Below, in pieces: positions 1 through 8,019 of a DNA stretch of 64,000 nt. Origin of the DNA: Shigella phage ESh28. The notes under the pieces are model-generated. The model worked only from the letters and a program-made list of their open reading frames with translations, did not search any database and was not told where the DNA came from. How positions within the stretch are numbered: the first letter of the stretch is position 1; every line of letters begins with the position of its first letter. Position numbers and translations under genes: made by a program. The stretch is from the sequence record ON528738, one strand, 5' to 3'.

Positions 1-1
1 A

Positions 2-127
2 GTTAAGCATCCGGAAAAATATCCGCAGCTGACCATCCGTGTATCCGGTTATGCAGTTCGCTTTAACTCTCTGACTCCGGAACAGCAGCGCGACGTTATC
101 GCTCGTACCTTCACCGAGAGCTTGTAA
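2..127 (+). CDS. 3' end of GrcA/PFL-like glycyl-radical domain protein (partial, runs off window start)
   Basis: Frame 2 translates to ...[32 protein letters not shown], the glycyl-radical RVSGY motif of the PFL C-terminus/YfiD family; a T4 homolog (Y06I) is described in the literature. Confidence 0.6.
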
Positions 128-348
128 TGGCAAAGATAATTATTGAAGGTTCTGAAGATGTGCTAAATGCTTTCGCCGAGTGGTTTAGTAATTCAGGCGA
201 ACAGCAATTTAATGAAGCATGGAACATGGGTGATATTAATGGAATTTATCCTACGACAGAAATTTCTGTTCAGGGATATGGCATTCATGAACCTATTCGT
301 TTAGTTGAATATGATTTATGCACTGGTGAGGAAGTCAAATATGATTGA
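127..348 (+). CDS. hypothetical protein, 73 aa
   Basis: Track ORF; TAATG stop-start overlap with upstream gene; no recognisable motif. Confidence 0.5.
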   Translation: MAKIIIEGSEDVLNAFAEWFSNSGEQQFNEAWNMGDINGIYPTTEISVQGYGIHEPIRLVEYDLCTGEEVKYD

Positions 349-607
349 AGATATTAAAGGTTATAAGCCACATACCGACGAAAAAATCGGTAAAGTAAAT
401 GCTATCAAAGATGCTGAAGTTCGTTTAGGACTTATCTTTGATGCTTTATACGATGAATTTTGGGAAGCATTTGATAGCTGTGAAGATGATGAACTCGCGA
501 AGAATTATGCTGAAAGCCTCGATCAGTTAACTATTGCTAAAACGAAACTCAAAGAAGCCAGTATGTGGGCTTGCCGTGCTGTGTTCCAACCAGAGGAAAA
601 ATACTAA
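341..607 (+). CDS. hypothetical protein, 88 aa
   Basis: Track ORF 305..607 trimmed to ATG at 341 with upstream GAGGAAG; ATGA overlap with previous ORF; sits at the T4 vs.4 position by synteny (unverified). Confidence 0.5.
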   Translation: MIEDIKGYKPHTDEKIGKVNAIKDAEVRLGLIFDALYDEFWEAFDSCEDDELAKNYAESLDQLTIAKTKLKEASMWACRAVFQPEEKY

Positions 608-885
608 TGGCTCAATTAAGTGCAGGGTTTGGTTATGAATATTATACTGCACCTCGTCGTGTATCTGCCGCTCCTAAGAAAATTCAAAGTCTTGATGACT
701 TCCAAGAAGTAATTCGTAATGCTTTCCAGGACTATGCGCGTTATCTTAAAGAAGATTCACAGGACTGCCTCGAAGAAGATGAAATTGCTTACTATGCGCA
801 GCGTCTTGAACAGCTCAAAAATCTACATGAGGTTCGTGCAGAAGTTTCAAAGTCTATGAATAAATTGATCAGATTTAAAGAATAA
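607..885 (+). CDS. hypothetical protein, 92 aa
   Basis: Track ORF 565..885 trimmed to ATG at 607 (TAATG overlap, GAGGAAAAA upstream). Confidence 0.5.
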   Translation: MAQLSAGFGYEYYTAPRRVSAAPKKIQSLDDFQEVIRNAFQDYARYLKEDSQDCLEEDEIAYYAQRLEQLKNLHEVRAEVSKSMNKLIRFKE

Positions 886-918
886 CTGTTTACTTTTCCT
901 CTTGACTGTGGTATAATT
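885..918 (+). promoter_or_regulatory. T4-type early promoter (GTTTAC -35, 18-nt spacer, TGGTATAAT extended -10)
   Basis: gtttac at 888-893, tataat at 912-917, followed by aagaggag RBS and ATG at 945. Confidence 0.55.
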
Positions 919-944
919 TTTCTATCAGTTAAGAGGAGAATAAC

Positions 945-1406
945 ATGACTATCAATACAGAAGTTTTTATCCGTCGAAATAAGCTCCGTCGTCACTTTGA
1001 GTCGGAGTTTCGTCAAATTAACAATGAGATTCGTGAGGCATCAAAAGCAGCAGGGGTCTCATCGTTTCATCTAAAATATTCTCAGCATCTTCTTGATCGT
1101 GCAATTCAACGGGAGATTGATGAGACATATGTTTTTGAATTATTCCATAAAATAAAAGACCATGTTTTAGAAGTTAATGAATTCCTGAGTATGCCTCCAC
1201 GTCCTGACATTGACGAGGATTTTATTGATGGGGTTGAATATCGTCCTGGACGTTTAGAAATCACAGATGGAAATCTTTGGCTTGGATTTACAGTTTGTAA
1301 ACCTAATGCGAAGTTCAAAGACCCGTCACTTCAGTGCAGGATGGCAATTATCAATAGTCGCCGTTTACCAGGAAAGGCTTCTAAAGCAGTAATTAAAACT
1401 CAATGA
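945..1406 (+). CDS. regB: probable RegB endoribonuclease, 153 aa
   Basis: Length and position (upstream of vs/tk cluster, own early promoter) match T4 RegB as I recall it; sequence identity not verified. Confidence 0.5.
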   Translation: MTINTEVFIRRNKLRRHFESEFRQINNEIREASKAAGVSSFHLKYSQHLLDRAIQREIDETYVFELFHKIKDHVLEVNEFLSMPPRPDIDEDFIDGVEYRPGRLEITDGNLWLGFTVCKPNAKFKDPSLQCRMAIINSRRLPGKASKAVIKTQ

Positions 1407-1413
1407 GGTAAGC

Positions 1414-1959
1414 ATGAGAAAAGCACTACTCGCTGGTCTATTGGCCATTTCAATGATGGCACATAGCTCCGAGCATACTTTCAGTAATGTCCAACTCGAT
1501 AACATGCGTTACGCGTATCAATTCGGGGAACAATTTTCTAAGGATGGAAAATATAAAACACACAAAAATATCCACAAGAGCGGATTAGGTCATATAATGG
1601 CTGCTATTTTATGGCAAGAAAGCTCTGGCGGAGTTAATTTAAAATCTAAACCAAAGCATCACGCCTACGGAATGTTCCAAAATTATTTGCCTACTATGCG
1701 AGCAAGAGTTAAGGAACTTGGTTATAATATGACCGATGCTGAAATAAAAAGAATGTTGAATAAACGATCCAATTCAGCTTCCTGGGCGTACATTGAACTT
1801 TCTTATTGGTTAAATATACATAAGGGCGATATAAGAAAAGCAATATCCTCTTATAATTCGGGATGGAATGTTAAAGCTGGTTCTAAATATGCTTCTGAAG
1901 TCCTAGAAAAGGCTAATTACCTTAAAAATAATAAACTTTTGGAAATAGTAAATGACTAA
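1414..1959 (+). CDS. secreted lytic transglycosylase-like (SLT domain) protein, 181 aa
   Basis: N-terminal signal peptide MRKALLAGLLAISMMAHS; motifs ILWQESSGG and AYGMFQ resemble the catalytic Glu-Ser and GLMQ motifs of family-1 lytic transglycosylases. Confidence 0.55.
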   Translation: MRKALLAGLLAISMMAHSSEHTFSNVQLDNMRYAYQFGEQFSKDGKYKTHKNIHKSGLGHIMAAILWQESSGGVNLKSKPKHHAYGMFQNYLPTMRARVKELGYNMTDAEIKRMLNKRSNSASWAYIELSYWLNIHKGDIRKAISSYNSGWNVKAGSKYASEVLEKANYLKNNKLLEIVND

Positions 1960-2299
1960 AATTTTAGTTTTATGTATAGGATTAATTTCATTTTCTGCTT
2001 CTGCGTCAGCAGATACATCATATACTGAAATTAGAGAATATGTAAACCGCACTGCGGCAGATTATTGTGGGAAAAATAAAGCATGCCAAGCTGAATTTGC
2101 ACAGAAATTAATATATGCATATAAAGACGGAGAAAGAGATAAATCAAGCAGATACAAAAACGATACATTATTAAAACGATATGCTAAAAAGTGGAATACC
2201 TTAGAATGTTCAGTTGCGGAGGAGAAAGATAAAGCCGCTTGTCATTCAATGGTTGACCGTTTAGTAGATTCTTATAATCGAGGATTGAGTACTAGATGA
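1952..2299 (+). CDS. small secreted protein, 115 aa (T4 vs position)
   Basis: Signal peptide MTKILVLCIGLISFSASASA; length equals T4 Vs but identity not verified. Confidence 0.5.
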   Translation: MTKILVLCIGLISFSASASADTSYTEIREYVNRTAADYCGKNKACQAEFAQKLIYAYKDGERDKSSRYKNDTLLKRYAKKWNTLECSVAEEKDKAACHSMVDRLVDSYNRGLSTR

Positions 2300-2775
2300 T
2301 TGTAAAATATATCAAGGGCGATATTGTCGCCCTATTTCTTCAAGGTAATATTATTGCGCACGGGTGCAATTGCTTCCACACAATGGGCTCTGGCGTAGCG
2401 GGTCAATTAGCAAGAGCCTATCCCAAAATTTTAGAAATAGATAAAACCACTACCGAGTACGGTTCTCGTGATAAATTAGGCGATATGTCTATTGTTTTTA
2501 AACATAGTCCTACGGGATTTGGTATATGCTATAACCTGTATACACAATACGAACCGGGTCCTAATCTTGATTATGGTGCTTTAGTAAACTGCATGATAGA
2601 ATTAAATCTACAGGCAGAAACCCTTTTGTTTAAACCAGTAATTTACATTCCACGCATAGGTTGTGGTATTGCTGGCGGTGATTGGGATAAGGTTTCTAAA
2701 TTAATCGACATGTTTACTCCTGATATTGATTTGATAGTGGTGGATTATGAAAGTACATTACCCGCATCCGTTTGA
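2296..2775 (+). CDS. macro-domain-like protein (possible ADP-ribose derivative processing), 159 aa
   Basis: KGDI...HGCNC...GSGVAGQLARAYP and later IPRIGCGIAGG resemble macro-domain Gly-rich ADP-ribose binding loops (Poa1p-like variant). Confidence 0.5.
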   Translation: MIVKYIKGDIVALFLQGNIIAHGCNCFHTMGSGVAGQLARAYPKILEIDKTTTEYGSRDKLGDMSIVFKHSPTGFGICYNLYTQYEPGPNLDYGALVNCMIELNLQAETLLFKPVIYIPRIGCGIAGGDWDKVSKLIDMFTPDIDLIVVDYESTLPASV

Positions 2776-2959
2776 TCCTAAAAACAAAGCAGAAATTATT
2801 CGTCAATGGGAACGCATTTGCCGTACTAAATGTCCAATTAATAGTCCACATGATGTAGATAAAGACTACATTGGAACATTCGTTGAATATACCTTTATTG
2901 ATAAGAAAGGTCGTAAACAACATGTAGAAGAATATTGCTTAAAGGTTACATGGTTATGA
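2747..2959 (+). CDS. hypothetical protein, 70 aa
   Basis: Track ORF overlapping end of previous gene in another frame. Confidence 0.4.
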   Translation: MKVHYPHPFDPKNKAEIIRQWERICRTKCPINSPHDVDKDYIGTFVEYTFIDKKGRKQHVEEYCLKVTWL

Positions 2960-3162
2960 GCCAAACTAGTATTCTTAAAAATGCCCACTGTGAAAAGTGT
3001 AAGTGGCCGGTTGTTTTTGCTTTATGTAATGATGAAATGGCTTGTGATTTCGATTATTGGTGCTATTGTTCTAATAAAGGATGCATCAATCATAAAGGTG
3101 AAGGATTTTATTCAGGATTTTATCCTTATCCTGATTTCGTTAAAGAAGGTAAACCAAAATGA
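2950..3162 (+). CDS. Cys-rich small protein, about 70 aa
   Basis: Track ORF 2935..3162 trimmed to internal ATG; many Cys (CEKCKW...CNDEMACDFDYWCYCSNKGC) suggesting metal binding. Confidence 0.4.
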   Translation: MVMSQTSILKNAHCEKCKWPVVFALCNDEMACDFDYWCYCSNKGCINHKGEGFYSGFYPYPDFVKEGKPK

Positions 3163-3332
3163 ATAGTTTTGAGTTACAATACGAAGTGTTACGTGAGCTT
3201 GATAATTTAATTGAACTCGCTGTTAATAAAGGTTTTGCCATTGGAATCGGTCAAAAAGATACTGGTCATTTAACTATGGAAATATTTAAGCAAAAGCGAA
3301 TTATTTTAAAACTCCTGGAAATTAATATATGA
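3159..3332 (+). CDS. hypothetical protein, 57 aa (below track cutoff)
   Basis: ATG at 3159 overlapping previous stop; ends in ATATGA overlap with next gene. Confidence 0.4.
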   Translation: MNSFELQYEVLRELDNLIELAVNKGFAIGIGQKDTGHLTMEIFKQKRIILKLLEINI

Positions 3333-3514
3333 GTCTGAGTAAAGAACAAAAAGATAAATTGTTTGAGCTTATCCATGAACTTCTAGATGAGCATACAGAA
3401 ACAAACACCTTTTATGATGAATACGGCCCGCTATCTCCCGAACAGCAGGAAGAATTTGTTGATCGGTTTGATAAGAAAGAAAATGAATTAATAGCTTATG
3501 TGAATACGCTTTAA
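3329..3514 (+). CDS. hypothetical acidic protein, 61 aa
   Basis: Track ORF, translationally coupled to flanking ORFs. Confidence 0.45.
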   Translation: MSLSKEQKDKLFELIHELLDEHTETNTFYDEYGPLSPEQQEEFVDRFDKKENELIAYVNTL

Positions 3515-3523
3515 GAAGGTGAT

Positions 3524-4105
3524 ATGGCGAGTTTAATTTTTACTTATGCAGCAATGAATGCTGGAAAATCTGCTTCTCTTTTGACTGCTGCGCATAATTA
3601 TAAAGAACGTGGAATGAGTGTATTAGTTCTTAAGCCTGCTATTGATACTCGCGATTCTGTCTGTGAAGTTGTTTCTCGCATTGGAATTAAACAGGAAGCG
3701 AATATTATTACAGATGATATGGATATTTTCGAATTCTATAAATGGGCCGAAGCACAAAAAGATATTCATTGCGTATTTGTAGATGAAGCTCAGTTTTTAA
3801 AAACTGAACAGGTGCACCAATTAAGCCGAATTGTTGATACATATAATGTTCCTGTTATGACTTATGGATTAAGGACTGATTTCGCTGGAAAATTGTTTGA
3901 AGGTTCTAAAGAACTTTTAGCGATTGCAGATAAACTTATTGAACTAAAGGCAGTTTGTCATTGCGGCAAAAAAGCGATTATGACAGCTCGATTAATGGAA
4001 GATGGAACACCAGTTAAAGAAGGTAATCAAATCTGTATTGGTGATGAAATTTATGTTTCTTTGTGCAGAAAACATTGGAATGAATTAACTAAAAAGCTCG
4101 GTTAG
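3524..4105 (+). CDS. tk: thymidine kinase
   Basis: 193 aa; MASLIFTYAAMNAGKSASLL P-loop and C-terminal CHCGKK...C zinc ribbon typical of TK1-type kinases; matches T4 Tk length. Confidence 0.9.
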   Translation: MASLIFTYAAMNAGKSASLLTAAHNYKERGMSVLVLKPAIDTRDSVCEVVSRIGIKQEANIITDDMDIFEFYKWAEAQKDIHCVFVDEAQFLKTEQVHQLSRIVDTYNVPVMTYGLRTDFAGKLFEGSKELLAIADKLIELKAVCHCGKKAIMTARLMEDGTPVKEGNQICIGDEIYVSLCRKHWNELTKKLG

Positions 4106-4114
4106 TGCAAAAGT

Positions 4115-4122
4115 TATAAATA
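4115..4122 (+). promoter_or_regulatory. T4 late promoter core TATAAATA
   Basis: Exact tataaata 25 nt upstream of the ORF starting at 4148; rI is known to be late-expressed. Confidence 0.5.
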
Positions 4123-4147
4123 GGTTTATCTAACTAAAGGGGTATAT

Positions 4148-4360
4148 ATGCTACAATTAACTGAAAAGCAACTTCGCAATCTTACTGTGCTTCAATTAGA
4201 TGAAATTCGTAGGGAAGTTGGAAATATCATTTCAGCTTTGCGTCGAGAAGTATCACTCAACCAATCTCCGGCAGACTATACTAGATTGCGAAATTTTGAA
4301 AAATACCTTGATAAAGTTAAGGCCGTGCATCGGCATAAAGTAAATACAGGACAAAAATGA
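4148..4360 (+). CDS. hypothetical protein, 70 aa (T4 rI.-1 position)
   Basis: Track ORF with GGGG RBS; sits between tk and rI. Confidence 0.5.
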
Positions 4361-4372
4361 TAGGAGGCCTTT

Positions 4373-4666
4373 ATGGCCTTAAAAGCAACGGCACTATTTG
4401 CCATGCTAGGATTGTCATTTGTTTTATCTCCATCGATTGAAGCGAATGTCGATCCTCATTTTGATAAATTTATGGAATCTGGTATTAGGCATGTTTATAT
4501 GCTTTTTGAAAATAAAAGCGTAGAATCGTCTGAACAATTCTATAGTTTTATGAGAACGACCTATAAAAATGACCCGTGCTCTTCTGATTTTGAATGTATA
4601 GAACGAGGCGCGGAGATGGCACAATCATACGCTAGAATTATGAACATTAAATTGGAGACTGAATGA
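4373..4666 (+). CDS. rI: lysis inhibition regulator rI
   Basis: 97 aa, N-terminal signal-anchor MALKATALFAMLGLSFVLSPSIEA; matches T4 RI as recalled; strong RBS taggagg. Confidence 0.85.
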   Translation: MALKATALFAMLGLSFVLSPSIEANVDPHFDKFMESGIRHVYMLFENKSVESSEQFYSFMRTTYKNDPCSSDFECIERGAEMAQSYARIMNIKLETE

Positions 4667-5049
4667 AATTCAGCGACTTTTCACAAAGTGGAAAACCTTC
4701 AAAGGCAGATGAATACTTAGGTTTATTAATGGCTGCACAAGCTTATTTTCATTCTGCACATTTTGAAACTAAAAGTTATGCTAGACACAAAGCATACGAT
4801 TTTATTTTCTCCGAGTTGCCAGATTTGATTGATAAATTTGGTGAGCAATATTTGGGGTATTCTGGTAGAAAATACACGCCTTCAATTCCAGATGCCAGTA
4901 AACTTCCTACCGACACAATTAAAATGATTGATCGCATACTAGACCAATCTAACAGCATTTACAAAGAAATGCCTCCAGCCATCCAAAGCACGATAGATGA
5001 TATTACTGGAATGTTTTACCAGAGTAAGTATCTTCTTTCCCTCGAATAA
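4663..5049 (+). CDS. hypothetical protein, 128 aa (T4 rI.1 position)
   Basis: Track ORF; ATGA overlap with rI; followed by terminator. Confidence 0.55.
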
Positions 5050-5053
5050 CATT

Positions 5054-5077
5054 AGTCTCCTTCGGGAGACTTTTTTC
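5054..5077 (+). terminator. rho-independent terminator (UUCG tetraloop hairpin plus T-run)
   Basis: agtctcc-ttcg-ggagact followed by tttttt. Confidence 0.7.
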
Positions 5078-5084
5078 ATTTTAC

Positions 5085-5118
5085 CGGTTTACTTTCCGTT
5101 TGAGCTGTGGTACTATAC
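5085..5118 (+). promoter_or_regulatory. T4-type early promoter
   Basis: gtttac 5087-5092, tggtactat -10 at 5108-5116, conserved leader acaactatc. Confidence 0.55.
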
Positions 5119-5144
5119 AACTATCGGATAAAGAGGAGAACATC

Positions 5145-5333
5145 ATGAAAATTGAAGCACTCAATCAAGAAGGAAATATCTACGTCATCATTAATGGTGA
5201 TTTTTTCGTCGACATGGATGAAGTTACTAGTGAAGAACTTGTAGAACTTCTTAAGAAACGTTATAATATGTGTGATGAAGTTGCAACTCATATGGCGTGT
5301 GCAATATTCTCTCTTTCATATGTGGTGGAATAA
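5145..5333 (+). CDS. hypothetical protein, 62 aa
   Basis: Track ORF 5100..5333 trimmed to ATG preceded by aagaggag. Confidence 0.5.
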
Positions 5334-5515
5334 TGATTAGTATCGAACAAGCGGATAAGATTAAAGAATTGGTAGCTTTAATTCGTAAAGCAGACGAGGA
5401 GCGCATTAACTTTGCCTTATCAGGTATTGAAGAATTTGAAGCTAAAGTTGATAATGCTTTAGAAGCGTTAGATATGTTTCTTGATGAAATTATCGATCAT
5501 AATACGAGAGTTTAA
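5333..5515 (+). CDS. hypothetical protein, 60 aa
   Basis: Track ORF trimmed to ATG in TAATG overlap. Confidence 0.5.
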   Translation: MISIEQADKIKELVALIRKADEERINFALSGIEEFEAKVDNALEALDMFLDEIIDHNTRV

Positions 5516-5516
5516 T

Positions 5517-5711
5517 ATGCTAACACGCGAACAGTTTGAAAAAATCATTAAATTAGCACGTGATATTGAAATAGATTCATACCAATTAGCAGTTGAGCAT
5601 TGTGAAGGATATTCATACGACGGTATAGAAGCAGCTAAAAAGGATTTGGATAAATCCAAAGCTAAGTTAGTTCAATATCTTGAAATGATTAGGTGGAATA
5701 ATGAAAACTGA
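5517..5711 (+). CDS. hypothetical protein, 64 aa
   Basis: Track ORF trimmed to ATG two nt after previous stop. Confidence 0.5.
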   Translation: MLTREQFEKIIKLARDIEIDSYQLAVEHCEGYSYDGIEAAKKDLDKSKAKLVQYLEMIRWNNEN

Positions 5712-5874
5712 AAAGCAGATGTTTTTAATGAAACTAATTGAAGAATATGCTAATGCAGTTTCTGACTATGAATGTTCTTCTCGGGAAAGAGGTACAGCTT
5801 TCGCCAAAGAAGAAATGAAAATCATGGTTGATGCTCACACAAAGCTTCAGAATTTTATTGAAAACGTCATTTAA
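5701..5874 (+). CDS. hypothetical protein, 57 aa (below track cutoff)
   Basis: ATG at 5701 overlapping end of previous ORF; uninterrupted frame to TAA at 5872-5874. Confidence 0.4.
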   Translation: MKTEKQMFLMKLIEEYANAVSDYECSSRERGTAFAKEEMKIMVDAHTKLQNFIENVI

Positions 5875-5908
5875 TGGTTTACAAGTTGGCAAGGTTATGG
5901 TATAGTAA
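5875..5908 (+). promoter_or_regulatory. T4-type early promoter
   Basis: gtttac 5877-5882, tggtatagt -10 at 5898-5906. Confidence 0.55.
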
Positions 5909-5934
5909 TCTTGTCAACTGCCAAGGAGAAGAGA

Positions 5935-6039
5935 ATGAAAGTTTTGTTTGTTGTGTATGTGATGATTCAATATAATTACCCAATGTTTACTTATAATCTG
6001 GTGAACAACATTATTGATATTATTCAAAGGAGTATGTAA
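5935..6039 (+). CDS. small hydrophobic peptide, 34 aa
   Basis: ATG with aaggagaagag RBS just downstream of early promoter; TAATG overlap with next ORF. Confidence 0.3.
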   Translation: MKVLFVVYVMIQYNYPMFTYNLVNNIIDIIQRSM

Positions 6040-6224
6040 TGACGAGTGAGCAGGCTTTTAAATTAAGAGAATTAATTGAGACGTATAGTAAAGCTGTTCA
6101 TACATCAACAATTATTGATGAATCAGCTTTCTCCGGACATGCTAACAAGATTAAATACAAAACTCTTATGGAAGAAGCTAAAGTAAATCTTGATTCTTAT
6201 ATTGAAACTTTAATTGGTGAATAA
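6039..6224 (+). CDS. hypothetical protein, 61 aa
   Basis: Track ORF, RBS aaggag. Confidence 0.5.
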   Translation: MTSEQAFKLRELIETYSKAVHTSTIIDESAFSGHANKIKYKTLMEEAKVNLDSYIETLIGE

Positions 6225-6225
6225 C

Positions 6226-6492
6226 ATGGGCTTTCCTAAATTAGAAGTAGGTGATTTAATCTTAACAAAATTATGGAATGATGTTCAATCAGTAGAAATC
6301 TGCCAATATCGTGGAGCAACAGGTAATTTGATGTACACGATTTATAATCCAGAAATTTTGTTAGAGTGTCATTTGGAACGCTTTATAAAAGACACCGATA
6401 GTATGCCTTATAGTGTATCAATTGTACGTAAATCTGATACAAAGGAATATTCTAAAATTTTAGAACAAATCAGCGCAAATAAAAAGGATTAA
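6226..6492 (+). CDS. hypothetical protein, 88 aa
   Basis: Track ORF 6214..6492 trimmed to ATG after previous stop. Confidence 0.5.
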   Translation: MGFPKLEVGDLILTKLWNDVQSVEICQYRGATGNLMYTIYNPEILLECHLERFIKDTDSMPYSVSIVRKSDTKEYSKILEQISANKKD

Positions 6493-6493
6493 T

Positions 6494-7027
6494 ATGAAAC
6501 GATTAGTATTAGAAGTTAGTCCACTTTTTGGTGAATTGGCTATAGAAAAAGTAAATAATATGTATCGTTTGACGCAAGAAGACGATATGATGTATTTTAC
6601 ACCTAGTGAAATTATTCATTTAACCCAAATTGAATATCCTTATACTGATAAAATAGTAAGCATCAATGATGAGCACAAAATTCATTTTTATTCTTCATGC
6701 CCAGGATTTAATATTAAAAGTGAGTCAATGTGTTTATCAGTTATCCATTGGGATAGTTTTATAGCTAAGATTAAATATTTTTATTATTCTAATGAAAGAA
6801 AACATAGTTTAAAATGGCTCAAAAATTGCAATGCTATTATTACTAACGCTTGCAATCAGAATGATGAAACTCTTTTAAATGTATCAAAATGTTATGAAGA
6901 TGGAGATGTCTTAACTATTCGTCAAATTGACGATTTTCGATCGCATATTGTCACATTTACCAAAGACGAAGCTATTGCGCTAAAGACTTATCTTGATTCT
7001 GTCATTCCAACTATGATTTCAAAGTGA
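6494..7027 (+). CDS. hypothetical protein, 177 aa (paralog of next gene)
   Basis: Track ORF; C-terminal tail DEAIALKTYLDSVIPTMISK resembles tail of the following ORF. Confidence 0.55.
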   Translation: MKRLVLEVSPLFGELAIEKVNNMYRLTQEDDMMYFTPSEIIHLTQIEYPYTDKIVSINDEHKIHFYSSCPGFNIKSESMCLSVIHWDSFIAKIKYFYYSNERKHSLKWLKNCNAIITNACNQNDETLLNVSKCYEDGDVLTIRQIDDFRSHIVTFTKDEAIALKTYLDSVIPTMISK

Positions 7028-7033
7028 GGAAAT

Positions 7034-7555
7034 ATGTTTATTTCAAGTGAAAGTGGTTTAATTCGTGCTGAATTTAAAAATGACATCTTTCTTATTCAAG
7101 GAGATGATATTATTAAAATGAGTTATGACGAAATCAAGAAAATTTGTCATGCTCTTGAAAGTCATGGAAAAGTGAACGCTGTTATTGATATTGGCGATTT
7201 ATGGGTGACACTTTATGAAGTATCCGAAGGATTTAATATTGAAGATGAAAACAACATCTTAGCTATTGATAAAAGAAGTGATTTGTTTGATGTATTAAAA
7301 GTTTATGAACAGTCAAACGGTGGAAGAAAAGCTGTATTGATTTATCAAAAACCACATTCATGTGGAACTGCTTCAATCATTTCAAATATTGATGATGAAA
7401 CTGATACTTATATGTGTGTTTTAAAAGCTGGTGGTGACCGTCATCCGGATTTTATTTCTATTCGTCAAAACAATGGAGAAATTTCATTATCAAAATCAGA
7501 AGCTGAAGCGATGATTAAGTATTTAACAACCGTTACGCCTTCAATGAAAGGATAG
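7034..7555 (+). CDS. hypothetical protein, 173 aa (paralog of previous gene)
   Basis: Track ORF; C-terminal SEAEAMIKYLTTVTPSMKG resembles tail of upstream ORF. Confidence 0.55.
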   Translation: MFISSESGLIRAEFKNDIFLIQGDDIIKMSYDEIKKICHALESHGKVNAVIDIGDLWVTLYEVSEGFNIEDENNILAIDKRSDLFDVLKVYEQSNGGRKAVLIYQKPHSCGTASIISNIDDETDTYMCVLKAGGDRHPDFISIRQNNGEISLSKSEAEAMIKYLTTVTPSMKG

Positions 7556-7557
7556 TT

Positions 7558-8019
7558 ATGATTATTAATGAAAACTCTTGGCACTATAAATTATTCAAAT
7601 TGTTTAACGATGAATGGCAACGACCTAAGACACTATGCGCATACTTTTGGTCTATTGTTATCCCTACATTTTTCGTTTCTATTTTTGGGTGTGCTATACT
7701 CGTAGGGTTAACAATTATTTGTGCAGAAAGCCTACAACGTTGGCTTATTTTCGGTAGTTTATGGACTTTGCTTCCATCAGCATTTATACTTGCGCTTTTG
7801 GTTGTTTTACTTATTATCGGTTCATTTGTTATTCCTGCACAACTGCGTGAAAAATATAAAGATTATAAATGGAAAAAGGACTATGCTTTACACGTAGAAA
7901 ATATTGATAGAGCGTATAAAGGTTTACCTCCTATTCAACCCAAGAAATCGATTATCGTCGAATTTTTAAAAGCTCGTAAAGCTAAAGTATGTCCTGTTAT
8001 TGAATATAAGGCTGAATGA
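7558..8019 (+). CDS. integral membrane protein, 153 aa
   Basis: Track ORF; several long hydrophobic segments. Confidence 0.55.
   Translation: MIINENSWHYKLFKLFNDEWQRPKTLCAYFWSIVIPTFFVSIFGCAILVGLTIICAESLQRWLIFGSLWTLLPSAFILALLVVLLIIGSFVIPAQLREKYKDYKWKKDYALHVENIDRAYKGLPPIQPKKSIIVEFLKARKAKVCPVIEYKAE

Noticed and set aside
792-1016. Minus-strand 74-aa ORF spanning the early promoter and start of the probable regB gene
   Set aside because: Lies antisense across a + strand promoter and gene start, has no RBS, and is typical of spurious ORFs in AT-rich sequence
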